Assembly (NCBI GenBank): GCA_965214705.1
Contig: OZ243972.1
Coordinates: 3,968,001 to 4,032,000 of the forward strand
Direction: 5' to 3'
From: Alphaproteobacteria bacterium
GTDB lineage: Bacteria; Pseudomonadota; Alphaproteobacteria; UBA828
Length of the DNA stretch: 64,000 nt
Shown: one piece after another, positions 1 to 9,662 of the stretch
Numbering within the stretch: position 1 is the stretch's first letter
How the letters are laid out: each line of letters opens with the position of its first letter
Notes under the pieces: generated by a model
Database searches by the model: none
Told to the model about the DNA's origin: nothing
What the model saw: the letters and a program-made list of their open reading frames with translations, nothing else
Made by a program: the position numbers and the translations under genes

Positions 1-1
1 C

Positions 2-898
2 CGGATCAGGCTCCGGCGTTCGGTCGGCCACGGCCACGTGAAGCTTGGGGAGGGAGTAGAACGGCACCTGCGGGTAGAGGTGGTGTTCCACGTGGTTGTT
101 CATGTTGAGATAGAGGAAGCGCCCCACCCAGTTCGTCCGGAACGTCCGCGTGCTGTCTACGATTGAGGGCGAGTTCTCCTGCATCTCGGCGTGCTGGATG
201 ATGTTGAACATCAGCATGATCGGGCCGCCGATGAGCCGCGGCAGCACGTAGAACCAGAGCAGCGGCCAGCCGTAGCCGGAGGCGATCAGGGCGATGACGC
301 CGAGGTAGATGAGGCAGAAGAGACGCGCGTTGCGGGTCATCTTCGGCAGTTCCGTCTCAGGCGACACCTCCCGCATGAGCGGCGTGTATCGCTTGGTCGC
401 GAGCTGCCAGAGCACCCGGAACTGGAACCTGTGAATCGACAGCCCGCTGATGTCGTAGAGCCAGCCCTTGAAGGTGAGCGGCGTGTCGAAGGGCATCTGG
501 CTGTCGAGACCCACGTACCAGGTGTACGTGTGGTGATTGGTGTGGGTGTAGCGCCGGTGCAGCGGCTCCTCGCCGTAGAGCAGCGACGTGAACCAGAAGA
601 CGGTCTCGTTGAGCCAGCGCGTGCGAAAAGCGGTTCCGTGCGCCGTCTCGTGGCTGAGCGCGTAGGACGGCACCGACATGACGACGCCGAAGACGAAGAC
701 CGCCGCCCACACGTACGCGCTACCCAAGGCGACCCAGAGCGCTGCGCCGGTCAGCGCCAGCGCCAGCACCCAGAAAGCCAGATAGGTGAGGCCCGGCCTG
801 TCGCTGCGGCGGGCGAGCGACTTCAACTGCGCGCGGTCGATCCTGATGCCGGTGGAGGCGGCATTGGTGACGACGGCGATTTCGGTCAGCGCGTTCAT
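2..898 (-). CDS. Membrane fatty-acid desaturase / MocD-like hydrocarbon oxygenase family protein, runs off the left window edge (absent from the ORF track)
   Basis: Manual translation from ATG 898: MNALTEIAVV...; three His boxes HETAH, HTNHH, HVEHH; hydrophobic segments; no stop before position 1. Confidence 0.9.
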   Translation of the reverse strand, partial: MNALTEIAVVTNAASTGIRIDRAQLKSLARRSDRPGLTYLAFWVLALALTGAALWVALGSAYVWAAVFVFGVVMSVPSYALSHETAHGTAFRTRWLNETVFWFTSLLYGEEPLHRRYTHTNHHTYTWYVGLDSQMPFDTPLTFKGWLYDISGLSIHRFQFRVLWQLATKRYTPLMREVSPETELPKMTRNARLFCLIYLGVIALIASGYGWPLLWFYVLPRLIGGPIMLMFNIIQHAEMQENSPSIVDSTRTFRTNWVGRFLYLNMNNHVEHHLYPQVPFYSLPKLHVAVADRTPEPDP

Positions 899-905
899 GA
901 CCTAG

Positions 906-1054
906 GGAACCTCTGATTTATCAGGGGTTCCCGTGGCACAGGGATGTGCCACCATTTTCGGTGGCTGTAAGTCACTGAAAATGTGAGCAAAGCGGAAAGC
1001 GCGCTTCCGCCTTGCGCGTCTGAGAAATGCAGGAGGCACTTATTCAGACCTTCC
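906..1054. mobile_element. 149-bp non-autonomous IS5-type MITE
   Basis: Imperfect terminal IRs GGAACCTCTGATTTA / GGAAGGTCTGAATAA (reverse complement of right end); CTAG duplicated at 902-905 and 1055-1058; no ORF. Confidence 0.8.
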
Positions 1055-2710
1055 CTAGCGCGGCATCACCGCGCCTTCGGAGGCGGGCGCCACATGCTCG
1101 GCGTAGTGCTTCAAGTATCCGCGCGTGACGGGGATTGGCCTCGGCATGTGATTGCGCTGGCGCTGCACGAGCACGTCCGGGGTCACCTCCAGGTCGAGCC
1201 TGCGCCCCGGCAGGTCGATACTGATGAGATCGCCGTCTTCCACGAGCGCGATCGGCCCGCCGCGGGCGGCCTCCGGGGTGACGTAGCCGATGGCTGGGCC
1301 GTGCGTGGCGCCGGAGAAGCGCCCGTCGGTGACGAGCGCGCAGCTATTGCCGAGGCCGGCCCCCATCAGCGCGGAGGTGGCGCCCAGCATCTCGCGCATG
1401 CCGGGACCGCCCCGCGTGCCCTCGTTGCGGATCACGACGCAGGTGCCGGGCGAGATTTCATTGTGGCGGAGTGCGCCGATTGCGCCCTCTTCGTCCTCGA
1501 AGACGCGAGCCGGTAGCACGGCCTGCCACATGTCGCGGCTGACACCAGAGGCCTTCACGACCGCGCCGCCGGGCGCAAGGCTGCCCTTGAGGATGTAGAT
1601 CGACCCGTCAGCCTCGATGGGATTGCGTCTCCCTCGAATGCACTCAGGGTTTTGGATTTCCGCTTGGGCGATCAGCTCCCCGGTCGTCTTTCCGCTCACG
1701 GTGGACGTATCCGGGTGGATAAGAGCGCCCAGCGCCTTCATGACTGCGGGCGTGCCGCCCGCCTCGCCGAGCTCCGTCACGCCCCACGGGCCAGACGGCG
1801 CGAGCTTGACCAGGGTCGGCGTCTCGCGGCTGAGGCGGTCCCAGGTGTCGAAGCTCACCTCGACGCCGGCTTCCTTTGCCATCGCGATCATGTGGAGGAC
1901 CATGTTGGTGGAGCCGCCGACCGCCAGTCCGACACGCATGGCGTTTTCGAACGCGTCCCGCGTCAGAATCTTCGATGGACGCAGGCCTTCGCGCACCAGG
2001 TCCATGATCCGCATCCCGGTGTATTTCGCCGCGCGAAGCTGGTAGTTGCTTCCCGCTGGACAAATGCCCGAATGGGGTAGTGAGAGACCTAGCGCTTCCG
2101 TATAGATACCGGCGGTATTGCCGGACGTCGCTGTGTCGCAAGCGCCGGAAAATGGGAAGTGATTGTCTTCCAGGCCCTTTAATTCTTCTTTGGTAATCTT
2201 TCCGAGAAGGTGCTCGCCGACACCATCATAAACCGTCTCCAGAAATACTTTTTTGTTCTTGTAAGTGCCGGCTTTAGTGGGGCCGCCGTAAAGCACGATG
2301 GCAGGTATGTCGATGCGTGCAGTCGCCATGACCATTCCCGGCATAACCTTGTCGCCCGAGCCGATCAGCACCATGGCGTCAAAGCGATGGCCTTCGACCA
2401 TGAGCTCGATCATGTCGGCCACAAGGTCCCGGCTCGGCAGCACATAGCGCATGCCGACCGAGGCAAAGGTCTCGCTATCGGTAACGTGGAAGGTGTTGAA
2501 TTCGCACGGCGTTCCGCCTGCCATGCGAATTCCCGCCTTGACCGCCTCGCCGACTTGCCGGAGGTGAATGTTCTCTGGCGAAAACTCCTGATAAGTGTTG
2601 ACGACTGCGATCATGGGCTGCTCGAACTCCTCGTCGATCAGCCCTGCTCCCTTCGCCCAAGCACGCTGTAGTGAGCGCTCGATCCCGAGATATTGTTCGT
2701 CGCTACGCAC
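1055..2710 (-). CDS. Dihydroxy-acid / sugar-acid dehydratase (IlvD/Edd family)
   Basis: Motifs [41 protein letters not shown]; canonical CDK reads GDK here. Confidence 0.92.
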   Translation of the reverse strand: MRSDEQYLGIERSLQRAWAKGAGLIDEEFEQPMIAVVNTYQEFSPENIHLRQVGEAVKAGIRMAGGTPCEFNTFHVTDSETFASVGMRYVLPSRDLVADMIELMVEGHRFDAMVLIGSGDKVMPGMVMATARIDIPAIVLYGGPTKAGTYKNKKVFLETVYDGVGEHLLGKITKEELKGLEDNHFPFSGACDTATSGNTAGIYTEALGLSLPHSGICPAGSNYQLRAAKYTGMRIMDLVREGLRPSKILTRDAFENAMRVGLAVGGSTNMVLHMIAMAKEAGVEVSFDTWDRLSRETPTLVKLAPSGPWGVTELGEAGGTPAVMKALGALIHPDTSTVSGKTTGELIAQAEIQNPECIRGRRNPIEADGSIYILKGSLAPGGAVVKASGVSRDMWQAVLPARVFEDEEGAIGALRHNEISPGTCVVIRNEGTRGGPGMREMLGATSALMGAGLGNSCALVTDGRFSGATHGPAIGYVTPEAARGGPIALVEDGDLISIDLPGRRLDLEVTPDVLVQRQRNHMPRPIPVTRGYLKHYAEHVAPASEGAVMPR

Positions 2711-2814
2711 GGTTGCTTTCTCTTTGTGTCGCGGCCTGCAAGGCGATTGAACACTCAGCCTGCGCCTCGATTAATTTCTTGCCGATAAAACCTACCGCCC
2801 CACCTGAAGCGCAC

Positions 2815-2867
2815 CTACATACAGTTGAGAAACGTTTTGGGCGCAGACGGCTGCATACAGTTGGGAA
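2815..2867. promoter_or_regulatory. Candidate MocR operator: 17-bp direct repeat in the divergent intergenic region
   Basis: CTACATACAGTTGAGAA (2815-2831) and CTGCATACAGTTGGGAA (2851-2867), 15/17 identical. Confidence 0.5.
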
Positions 2868-4267
2868 TTTTTGTGGGTACAGAGAATGCGGATGCCGAGA
2901 CGCGCTTGATGGCACCGTCGTGCCTGCGCTACCCCTGCCTTGTTCGGCTGCCGCTCCACGGAGCACGGAGCTGACGACGATGTACGAGAACATGATCGTG
3001 ATTGACCGCGGGGCACCGGAGAGCCTGCAGAAGCAAATCCGGCGTCAGATCGCGATCGGCATCGTCAACCGGCAATACCCGCTGCACCGACCGCTCCCGT
3101 CCATACGCCAGCTGTCCGCAGACCTCGGCGTGAGCGTGACGACTGTGACCCTGGCCTACGAGGCGCTGAAGCAGGACGGGTTCGTCGAGGCCAGGAACCG
3201 CTCAGGGTATTACGTCAACCAGGACGTGCTCACCGAACCGGGGCACGCCCTCAAGCCCGATGTGCCGGCCGACCTCGCCGCGCCACTGGCGACGCTGGAC
3301 TACGGGGCATTCTTCAGGGACCGAAGCTTCAACCTTCAACGCGTCGTGAAGCCTTCGGATGTTCTGGTCAGATATCGCTATCCATTCGTCTGCGGTCTGA
3401 CTGACCCGTCGCTCTTCCCCATTACGAGCTGGCGCGAGTGCGTGCGCGATTCCGTCAATGTCATCGAGCTCGCCAATTGGGCGACCGACTACTCCGCAAT
3501 CGACGATGACATGTTGATCGAGCAGCTGATCCAACGCGTGCTCGCCAAGCGCGGTATCGTCGCTCATCCCGACGAGGTCCTGGTCACGGTTGGCGGCCAG
3601 CAGGCGCTCTACATCGCGATCAAGCTACTCCTGAAACCCGGTGAAATCATCGGCGTCGAGGATCCCGGTTATCCGGATGTCATCAACATGGCGGAAATTG
3701 AAGGAATCTCGGTAAGGCGACTTCCCATCGACCAAAAGGGACTCGTTCTCTCCAGCAATATTTCTGGCTGCAAATGCCTGTTCGTGACGCCGAGTCACCA
3801 GTTTCCGACAACTGTCACCATGCCCCTCGACCGTAAGGTGGAGTTGCTTGCTGTCACGAAGAGAAACGGCCAGTTCGTCATCGAGGACGATTACGAATCC
3901 GACATTAGCTTCAACAAGACTCCCCCGCGTGCTCTCAAGAGCCTCGATGCCTGGGGCAAGGTTAAGGGTTGGGCAGGCTCTCTCTCGAGAGCCTGCCCAA
4001 CCCTTTTGAACGAAGCCGCGGGCCACGAGAGGCGAAGTTGAGCTATGTGGAAAGTGCGCTGATGTCAGCGTCAGGCGGCATCCACCGGCAGCAGAGTTGC
4101 GCATAAAATCGACGCTCGCGCCGGTCTTTCGGCAGGCATGCGGGCGCACGCTGCGAGGACTGAGCGGGGTGTGAGCCGAGGGCTGTCAGCCCGGCTCAAG
4201 CGGAGACAGGTTCGGTCGTGCGTCGGCGCTTTGGCGCCGTTGCGCGGGGCCGAAGCGAGCGGCCGTC

Positions 4268-5509
4268 TCACGGTTTCCCCCTGTGGGTCGGCGGCAGCGC
4301 CGGCGGGCCGCGCGTCGAGCGGGGCTCATGGCGGCGGCGGATTTCGCGGACGAGGCGCATGACGCCGCCGCAGTGGGGGCAGGCCACGGGCGCGGTGCCG
4401 ATCTCGGGCTCTTCGTCGGGCTCGGCCCGAGCGCCGTCCACGCTTCCCTCGGGGGCGGCGCAGCCGAGGGCGCCGAGAGCCTGGCGTGCTCTCTCCAGCG
4501 TGCTGGCGCGGCAGCCGTTGGCGAGGATGCCGAAGTAGCGAATGCGGTGCATGCCGTCCGGCAGGACGTGCCTCAGGAAGCGGCGGATGAACTCGTCGGC
4601 GCTCACGGTGGCGATGCCGTAGCGCGGCTTTCTCTGCCCCGGCGCCTTGGGCTTTCGGTGGCGGAAGGAGACCGTCTCGCCGTCGAAGGAGACGATGCGG
4701 CTGTCGGAGATGGCGATCCTGTGCGTGTAGTGCGACAGGTACCGGAAGACCTGCTCAGGCCCGCGGAAGGGCCGCTTGGCGTAGACCACCCAGTCCCTGG
4801 CCCGGGCGGCGGCAAGCGTGGCGTGGAACTCGCCGGGATTGGCGAGGTGGGCGAGGGTGCCGTGGAACTCCAGGTCCCCCCGGCCGTGGGCGCGGGCGAG
4901 CTCCTCGAGGAAGAGGCGGCGGAACAGGCTGCCGAGGACCTTGACGGGGGCGAGGAAGGTGGTGCTCCCCGTCTTCCACTCGCCACTGTCTACGTCGAAG
5001 CCCGCGTTGGGCACGACCACGTGCAGGTGCGGGTGGAAGCGGAGCTTCTGATCCCAGGTATGGAGGACCGCGGTGCCGCCGATGCGCATGCCGCCGTGGC
5101 GGGGATCGGCGGCGATGGTGCGCAGGGTCTCGGCGACGGCCCGGAAGAGGATGTCGAACACCACCCTGCGGTTGCAGAAGGCAATGGCGGCAACCTCCTT
5201 GGGCAGGGTGAAGACCACATGGAAGTAGGGCACCGGCAGGATGTCCCCGGCGCGCTCCTCGCTCCAGAGGTTGGCGGCGAGACCCTGGCAGGTGGGGCAG
5301 TGGCGGTTGCGGCAGGAGTTGAAGAGCGGATGCTCGCGCCCGCAGCCCTCGCAGGCGTACATGTGGCCGCCGAGCACGGCGGTGCGGCACGCCTCGATGG
5401 CGCCCATGACCTTGAGCCGGGCGGCGTCGATGCGCCCTTTGTGGCGCTCACGGAAAGCGGCGCCGGCGCGGCGGAAGATCTCCGCCACGCCCGCGCGTTC
5501 GGCCTCCAC
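4268..5509 (-). CDS. IS91-family transposase
   Basis: Zn-finger NSCRNRHCPTC, YFHVVFTLP, HUH motif HPHLH, Y2 motif YLSHY. Confidence 0.95.
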   Translation of the reverse strand: MEAERAGVAEIFRRAGAAFRERHKGRIDAARLKVMGAIEACRTAVLGGHMYACEGCGREHPLFNSCRNRHCPTCQGLAANLWSEERAGDILPVPYFHVVFTLPKEVAAIAFCNRRVVFDILFRAVAETLRTIAADPRHGGMRIGGTAVLHTWDQKLRFHPHLHVVVPNAGFDVDSGEWKTGSTTFLAPVKVLGSLFRRLFLEELARAHGRGDLEFHGTLAHLANPGEFHATLAAARARDWVVYAKRPFRGPEQVFRYLSHYTHRIAISDSRIVSFDGETVSFRHRKPKAPGQRKPRYGIATVSADEFIRRFLRHVLPDGMHRIRYFGILANGCRASTLERARQALGALGCAAPEGSVDGARAEPDEEPEIGTAPVACPHCGGVMRLVREIRRRHEPRSTRGPPALPPTHRGKP

Positions 5510-5515
5510 GCGCCG

Positions 5516-6394
5516 TCAGTTGCGCAACGCTGCGAAGCCTGAGATCGGGTGGTCGAGGCCCTCGAACATCTTGCCGGTGACGCGGGCGTAGTGACGGGTC
5601 GTGTTCGCGCTTCGATGGCCGAGCATGTCCCGGATCACCTCGATATCGCCGCCGCGCTCGAGGAGATGGGTCGCCGCCGAATGGCGCAGGCAATGGAAGG
5701 TGTAGCTGCGGTCGAGCTCGGCAATGTCGCGCGCCCTCCTGAAGGCGGCCTGCAAGGTCTCCGTTGCGATGGGCCTGTCGAGCGAGACGCCGTAGAAGAG
5801 CCAGTTCGTCGGACGCGGCCAGATGTTCCTGTAGTAGACGCGCAAGTAGTGGATGACGATGTCCGGCAACGGTGCCATTCTCTCGGTGCCGCCTTTGCCG
5901 GAGGGGATGTGCAGCAGCTTCTTCTCCGACAGGATGTCGCCGACCTTGATGGCCAAGGTCTCGGAGATGCGGAGCCCGCCGCCATAGCCGGTGACAATGG
6001 CAGCACGGTGGCGGAGGTCGGGTGTCGCAAGGATGAGGTGCTCGACCTCCTGCTCCGACATGTAGCGCGGCAGCTTGCCGGGCTTCTTGCGGGAGCGCAG
6101 GCCGGCGACATGGTCAGGCCAGCCGAGTGTGTCGATGTAGAGGAAGTTCAGCGCGGCGAAGGAGACGTTGGTCGTGCCCGGACTGAGCCCCTTGTCGATC
6201 CGCCCCAGGTACCACTGGCGCACCTGCTCGGCGTCGAGCTCGTCCGGCGAGGCGTCGTAGTACCTGGCCAGGTTCTTGATCTCGCAGATGTAGGCCTTGG
6301 ACGTGCTCGCGGCCAGATTGGCGATGCGGAGCTGCTCCTCCATGCGCTGGCGAAGAGGGGTGACGGTGTTCGTGTCGCACGCGGTCCCGGTCAT
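5516..6394 (-). CDS. Tyrosine recombinase/integrase associated with the IS91-like element
   Basis: GLRISE, HCLRHSAATH, LGH...TRHY catalytic motifs; TPLRQRM N-terminus. Confidence 0.92.
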   Translation of the reverse strand: MTGTACDTNTVTPLRQRMEEQLRIANLAASTSKAYICEIKNLARYYDASPDELDAEQVRQWYLGRIDKGLSPGTTNVSFAALNFLYIDTLGWPDHVAGLRSRKKPGKLPRYMSEQEVEHLILATPDLRHRAAIVTGYGGGLRISETLAIKVGDILSEKKLLHIPSGKGGTERMAPLPDIVIHYLRVYYRNIWPRPTNWLFYGVSLDRPIATETLQAAFRRARDIAELDRSYTFHCLRHSAATHLLERGGDIEVIRDMLGHRSANTTRHYARVTGKMFEGLDHPISGFAALRN

Positions 6395-7207
6395 TATCGA
6401 TCTCCCTGGATCGCGACGGCGCGCCGCCGGACCGATCCGGCGACGGTCCGTCGCAGGGGTCGATGCTAACCACTGGTGATCGGGAGGCTGCTGGGGATCC
6501 GCCACCCGACGGGCGGAGCGCCACTGACGCAACCGGGAAGCGAACGCACAGAACAAACGGCACCCGCGACGCCTCGGAAATGAATGAACTCTACGCCGCT
6601 AACTCCGCGTAGCGGCTTCGTTCAATGTCATCTACACGGGAAGCCTCTCGAAATCCCTATTGCCCGGGCTGCGCATCGGCTACTTGGTTGCGGATCGAGA
6701 GTTCGTCAGAGAAGCGCGGGCGATGCGGCACCATATCCTGCGACACCCGCCGGTCAACAATCAGAGAAGCGTCGCGCTGTTCCTGCAACGAGGCTATTTC
6801 GACCGCTTCGTTGCCAAAATTACGGGCATCTACAAGGAGCGCTGCACCGTGATGCACGAAGCGTTGGAAAGGCACTTTCCGGGGGCGTCTACCAAGGCGG
6901 AATATGGAGGAGGCAGCATCTGGCTCAGGCTGCCGGATGGGGCGGATGCCGGCATTCTCCGCAAAATGGTAGACGCGGAAGGCGTGTTCTTTGAGACAGG
7001 TGGGTTCACGTTTTCCGACGAGAGAAACAACAGAAATCACATCCGTTTGGGGTATTCGGTGATCGAGAAATCGCTCATTGCGGAAGGCATCGACAAGATT
7101 GCCGAAGCGGTGCCCAACGCGCGGGATTCGAAATCCGGCACGAGTCAGTCAGCTGGACCGAGCCAGTTCGCTTTAACATCATCGCAATTGACCAGGAGGA
7201 AGTGATC

Positions 7208-7984
7208 ATGAGGACTGTAAGCGCTGTCCCCCTTGCTCCATCGATCGCCGAGGAGTCGGACATCGGCCCAGTTCCGGCCGCTCGTCGCCAGGGCCGTGGT
7301 CCCGCCGTCTGGCTCGCCGGCGACCCTGACGACCTCAAGGAGTGGATGCCCCTCGGCATCGCTGGAATTGTCACGAACACGGTCGTGCACAATCAGTACG
7401 CGAAGGCCCACGGCGGCGCCGTCGACGTGATCAAGAAGTACCTCGACCTCACGGACAAGCCCATCGTCGTCGAGATCGACGGACATTCGCTCGACGAGCT
7501 TCTGGAGGTCGGCAAGACGTTCACCGATCTCTCCGACCAGATCGTCCTGAAAATCCCGTGCTCGGTGAACGCGCTGAAGGCCTTCGCCGCATTGCGGGAA
7601 GAGGGCGTGGAGACCTGCTGCACCACGGTCTTCTCCCTACCCCAGGCCGTCGCCGTGGCCCAGGCCGGAGTCGATCACATCCTCCCCTTCTGCGAGCCGG
7701 TCAAAGAAGCGGGCGGCGACCCGACGAAGCTGATTCGCGAATGCGCCCAGGTGTTCGGCGGCTGGGAGCAGCGCCCCTTCATCATGGCCGCCCTCGTCCG
7801 CACGGTGGAGACGGCTTACGCCGCCTTGCGCGACGGTGCCGACGAGCTCGTCACCATGTGGACGGTCTACCGCGACATGATGGACCACCCGATGACCGCG
7901 CAGTGGAACGAGGTCTTCATGGACGCCTGGCAAGACATGGATCGAAACGGCTTGCTGGAAGGCGTGCCCGTCCGGCGGGAATAG
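7208..7984 (+). CDS. Transaldolase / fructose-6-phosphate aldolase family protein
   Basis: GIVTNT, IVLKIP (Schiff-base Lys), CTTVFSLPQA; RBS AGGAGG upstream. Confidence 0.85.
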   Translation: MRTVSAVPLAPSIAEESDIGPVPAARRQGRGPAVWLAGDPDDLKEWMPLGIAGIVTNTVVHNQYAKAHGGAVDVIKKYLDLTDKPIVVEIDGHSLDELLEVGKTFTDLSDQIVLKIPCSVNALKAFAALREEGVETCCTTVFSLPQAVAVAQAGVDHILPFCEPVKEAGGDPTKLIRECAQVFGGWEQRPFIMAALVRTVETAYAALRDGADELVTMWTVYRDMMDHPMTAQWNEVFMDAWQDMDRNGLLEGVPVRRE

Positions 7985-8189
7985 CCTACAGTTGTGGTTA
8001 GGCATCGAACTCTGCCCTCCCCCAGAGTCAAGCCTTCTTGATTGGCTACAGTACCGAACGGCGTCCGACTTCCGCGCTGAACAGCGAACATGGTCTTGCT
8101 GACACCCTTCAACTAACATCCAGACCGAGCCATCCCATGCAGGCCAGTCGCATCGGCGTGCGGCCCGACGAGGAACGAAAGGCCAGACC

Positions 8190-8636
8190 ATGAAGCAGAT
8201 CAGTTACGTCATCCAATTTCGCGGAACTGCCGGCCCCAAGGAGGGCGTGGAAGGTGTCTTGAGCGCCTCGACGACCGGGTCAGCGTCGAGGATTTCCACG
8301 GCCGTGGACGACAGCGCGGTCGACGCCACCATCGAGGCCATCGCGGGTAACAGCGTGAGCTTCGAATCGGACGTCTTCCCGAACGAGGACGGAAGCTTCA
8401 CGGAATCGGGTACGATCGACTTCGGCGGAGGCAACAGCTTCACCTTCAGCACGCGCGGAACGGGGGCCATGGGGCCGAGCGCGGATTCGAACCTGACGCA
8501 CGGCGGGATCTGCTGGCAGGTCGATTCCGGCACCGGCATCTTCGAAGGCGCGACCGGGATCATCACCTCCAATTTCACGGTAAGCGGCGGTGGCGATGTG
8601 GTCGACAACCAGTGGGGCGTGATCTTCTTGAAGTAG
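8190..8636 (+). CDS. Hypothetical acidic beta-rich protein (possibly allene-oxide-cyclase/dirigent-like fold)
   Basis: RBS GAAAGG; motif SGTGIFEGATG; coding-like codon usage. Confidence 0.7.
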   Translation: MKQISYVIQFRGTAGPKEGVEGVLSASTTGSASRISTAVDDSAVDATIEAIAGNSVSFESDVFPNEDGSFTESGTIDFGGGNSFTFSTRGTGAMGPSADSNLTHGGICWQVDSGTGIFEGATGIITSNFTVSGGGDVVDNQWGVIFLK

Positions 8637-8812
8637 TGTCGAACCCGCCGGCGAGCGACAGCCGAACGGATTGAGGCAGACTGGCCGCACTGGACCGAGG
8701 CGGTCGGACAGACGTTCCGAGGGTACAAGGGCGGTCCGCGATGGGCGAGGACCCAGCTCGCGGAAGCTGCCCCTCGACTACGGCCGGCCGAATAAACTGT
8801 CGCTGATTTAGT

Positions 8813-8858
8813 TGGCGCGCCCGGCAGGACTCGAACCTACGACCCCTTAATTAGGAAT
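8813..8858 (-). tRNA. 3' fragment of a tRNA-Arg(CCT): att-site remnant, not a full tRNA
   Basis: Minus strand ATTCCTAATTAAGGGGTCGTAGGTTCGAGTCCTGCCGGGCGCGCCA has anticodon loop, T-arm and CCA but no 5' acceptor strand or D-arm; next to an integrase. Confidence 0.8.
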
Positions 8859-9022
8859 AAGTCCCAAGAGTGTTGCAAGCAATTGCCGTCGTTTGCAGAG
8901 AGTCTATCAACCGTCTGTAAAACATCGCTTATTTCCACCCTAACGTTGTGCTTGCGTGCGCAGAGCAGAATTGCATTTGTATGCTGTCTGGGTGGTGACA
9001 CTACGGTGACACGAGCGGTGGC

Positions 9023-9662
9023 ATGAGCCTTACAGAGCGTGTCGTTCGAGACGCCAAACCGGACGGCAAGGCTAGGACGATCTGGGACAAGCAGGTGATG
9101 GGCCTGGGCCTCCAGATCACGCCGAAAGGCGTCAAGAATTACGTGATCCGCTATCGCGTGGGGGACCGGAAGAGACAGGCGATCCTCGCCCGCGCCGGCC
9201 AAATTTCATTGAAGGATGCTCGCGAGCGGGCCGGCACCGAGCTGGTCCGCATTCGCGCCGGCGAAGTCGACCCGTTGCAGCGGCGTCGCGTTGCACGCGT
9301 AGCGCCGACGATGGCCGAGTTCATCGACCAGTTCTTTGCAGTCGAAGTGCCGGCCCGGATCGCCCGCGGGCGCATGAAGCCGATCACGGCGGAGACATAT
9401 GGCTACCAGTCCCGCACGCACGTCCTCCCCGTGATCGGCACGCGCCGCGTCGCCGACGTGACGCGCGCTGACATAGAGCGGATGGTCGCACCGCTTCCCG
9501 GCCCGTCGCGCAACCGCGTCTTAGCTCTCGCGTCGAGGCTGTTCACGCTCGCCGAGACATGGGAACTGCGGGCGCCCGGCTCCAATCCGGCTCGCAAGAT
9601 CGAGCGCGCCCGCGAGGAAGCCCGCGACCGCGTGCTGTCTCCGTCCGAACTGTCAGCGCTAG
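9023..9662 (+). pseudogene. P4-like integrase N-terminal half (arm-binding and core-binding domains); catalytic domain missing
   Basis: LTERVVRDAKP...IWDKQVMGLGLQITPKGVKNY; ends at RDRVLSPSELSAL where IS1380 begins; no C-terminal half beyond the IS stack. Confidence 0.88.

Larger units (their letters stand above)
3960..6625 (-). mobile_element. IS91-like rolling-circle element carrying a tyrosine recombinase and a Y2 HUH transposase (complete copy)
   Basis: CAA at both junctions; 19-bp perfect hairpin at 3964-4005; 14-bp IRs TTGAACGAAGCCGC at 4006-4019 and 6612-6625; second copy at 54021. Confidence 0.92.
2980..7205 (+). pseudogene. MocR/GabR-type GntR regulator with PLP aminotransferase-like domain, split by the IS91-like element
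   Basis: N-terminal wHTH (LPSIRQLSADLGVS), IEDDYE motif; removing 3960-6625 restores in-frame ...DAWGNVIYTGSLSKSLLPGLRIGY... Confidence 0.92.

Noticed and set aside
191-916. 241-aa plus-strand ORF
   Set aside because: Antisense shadow of the desaturase, which has the His boxes
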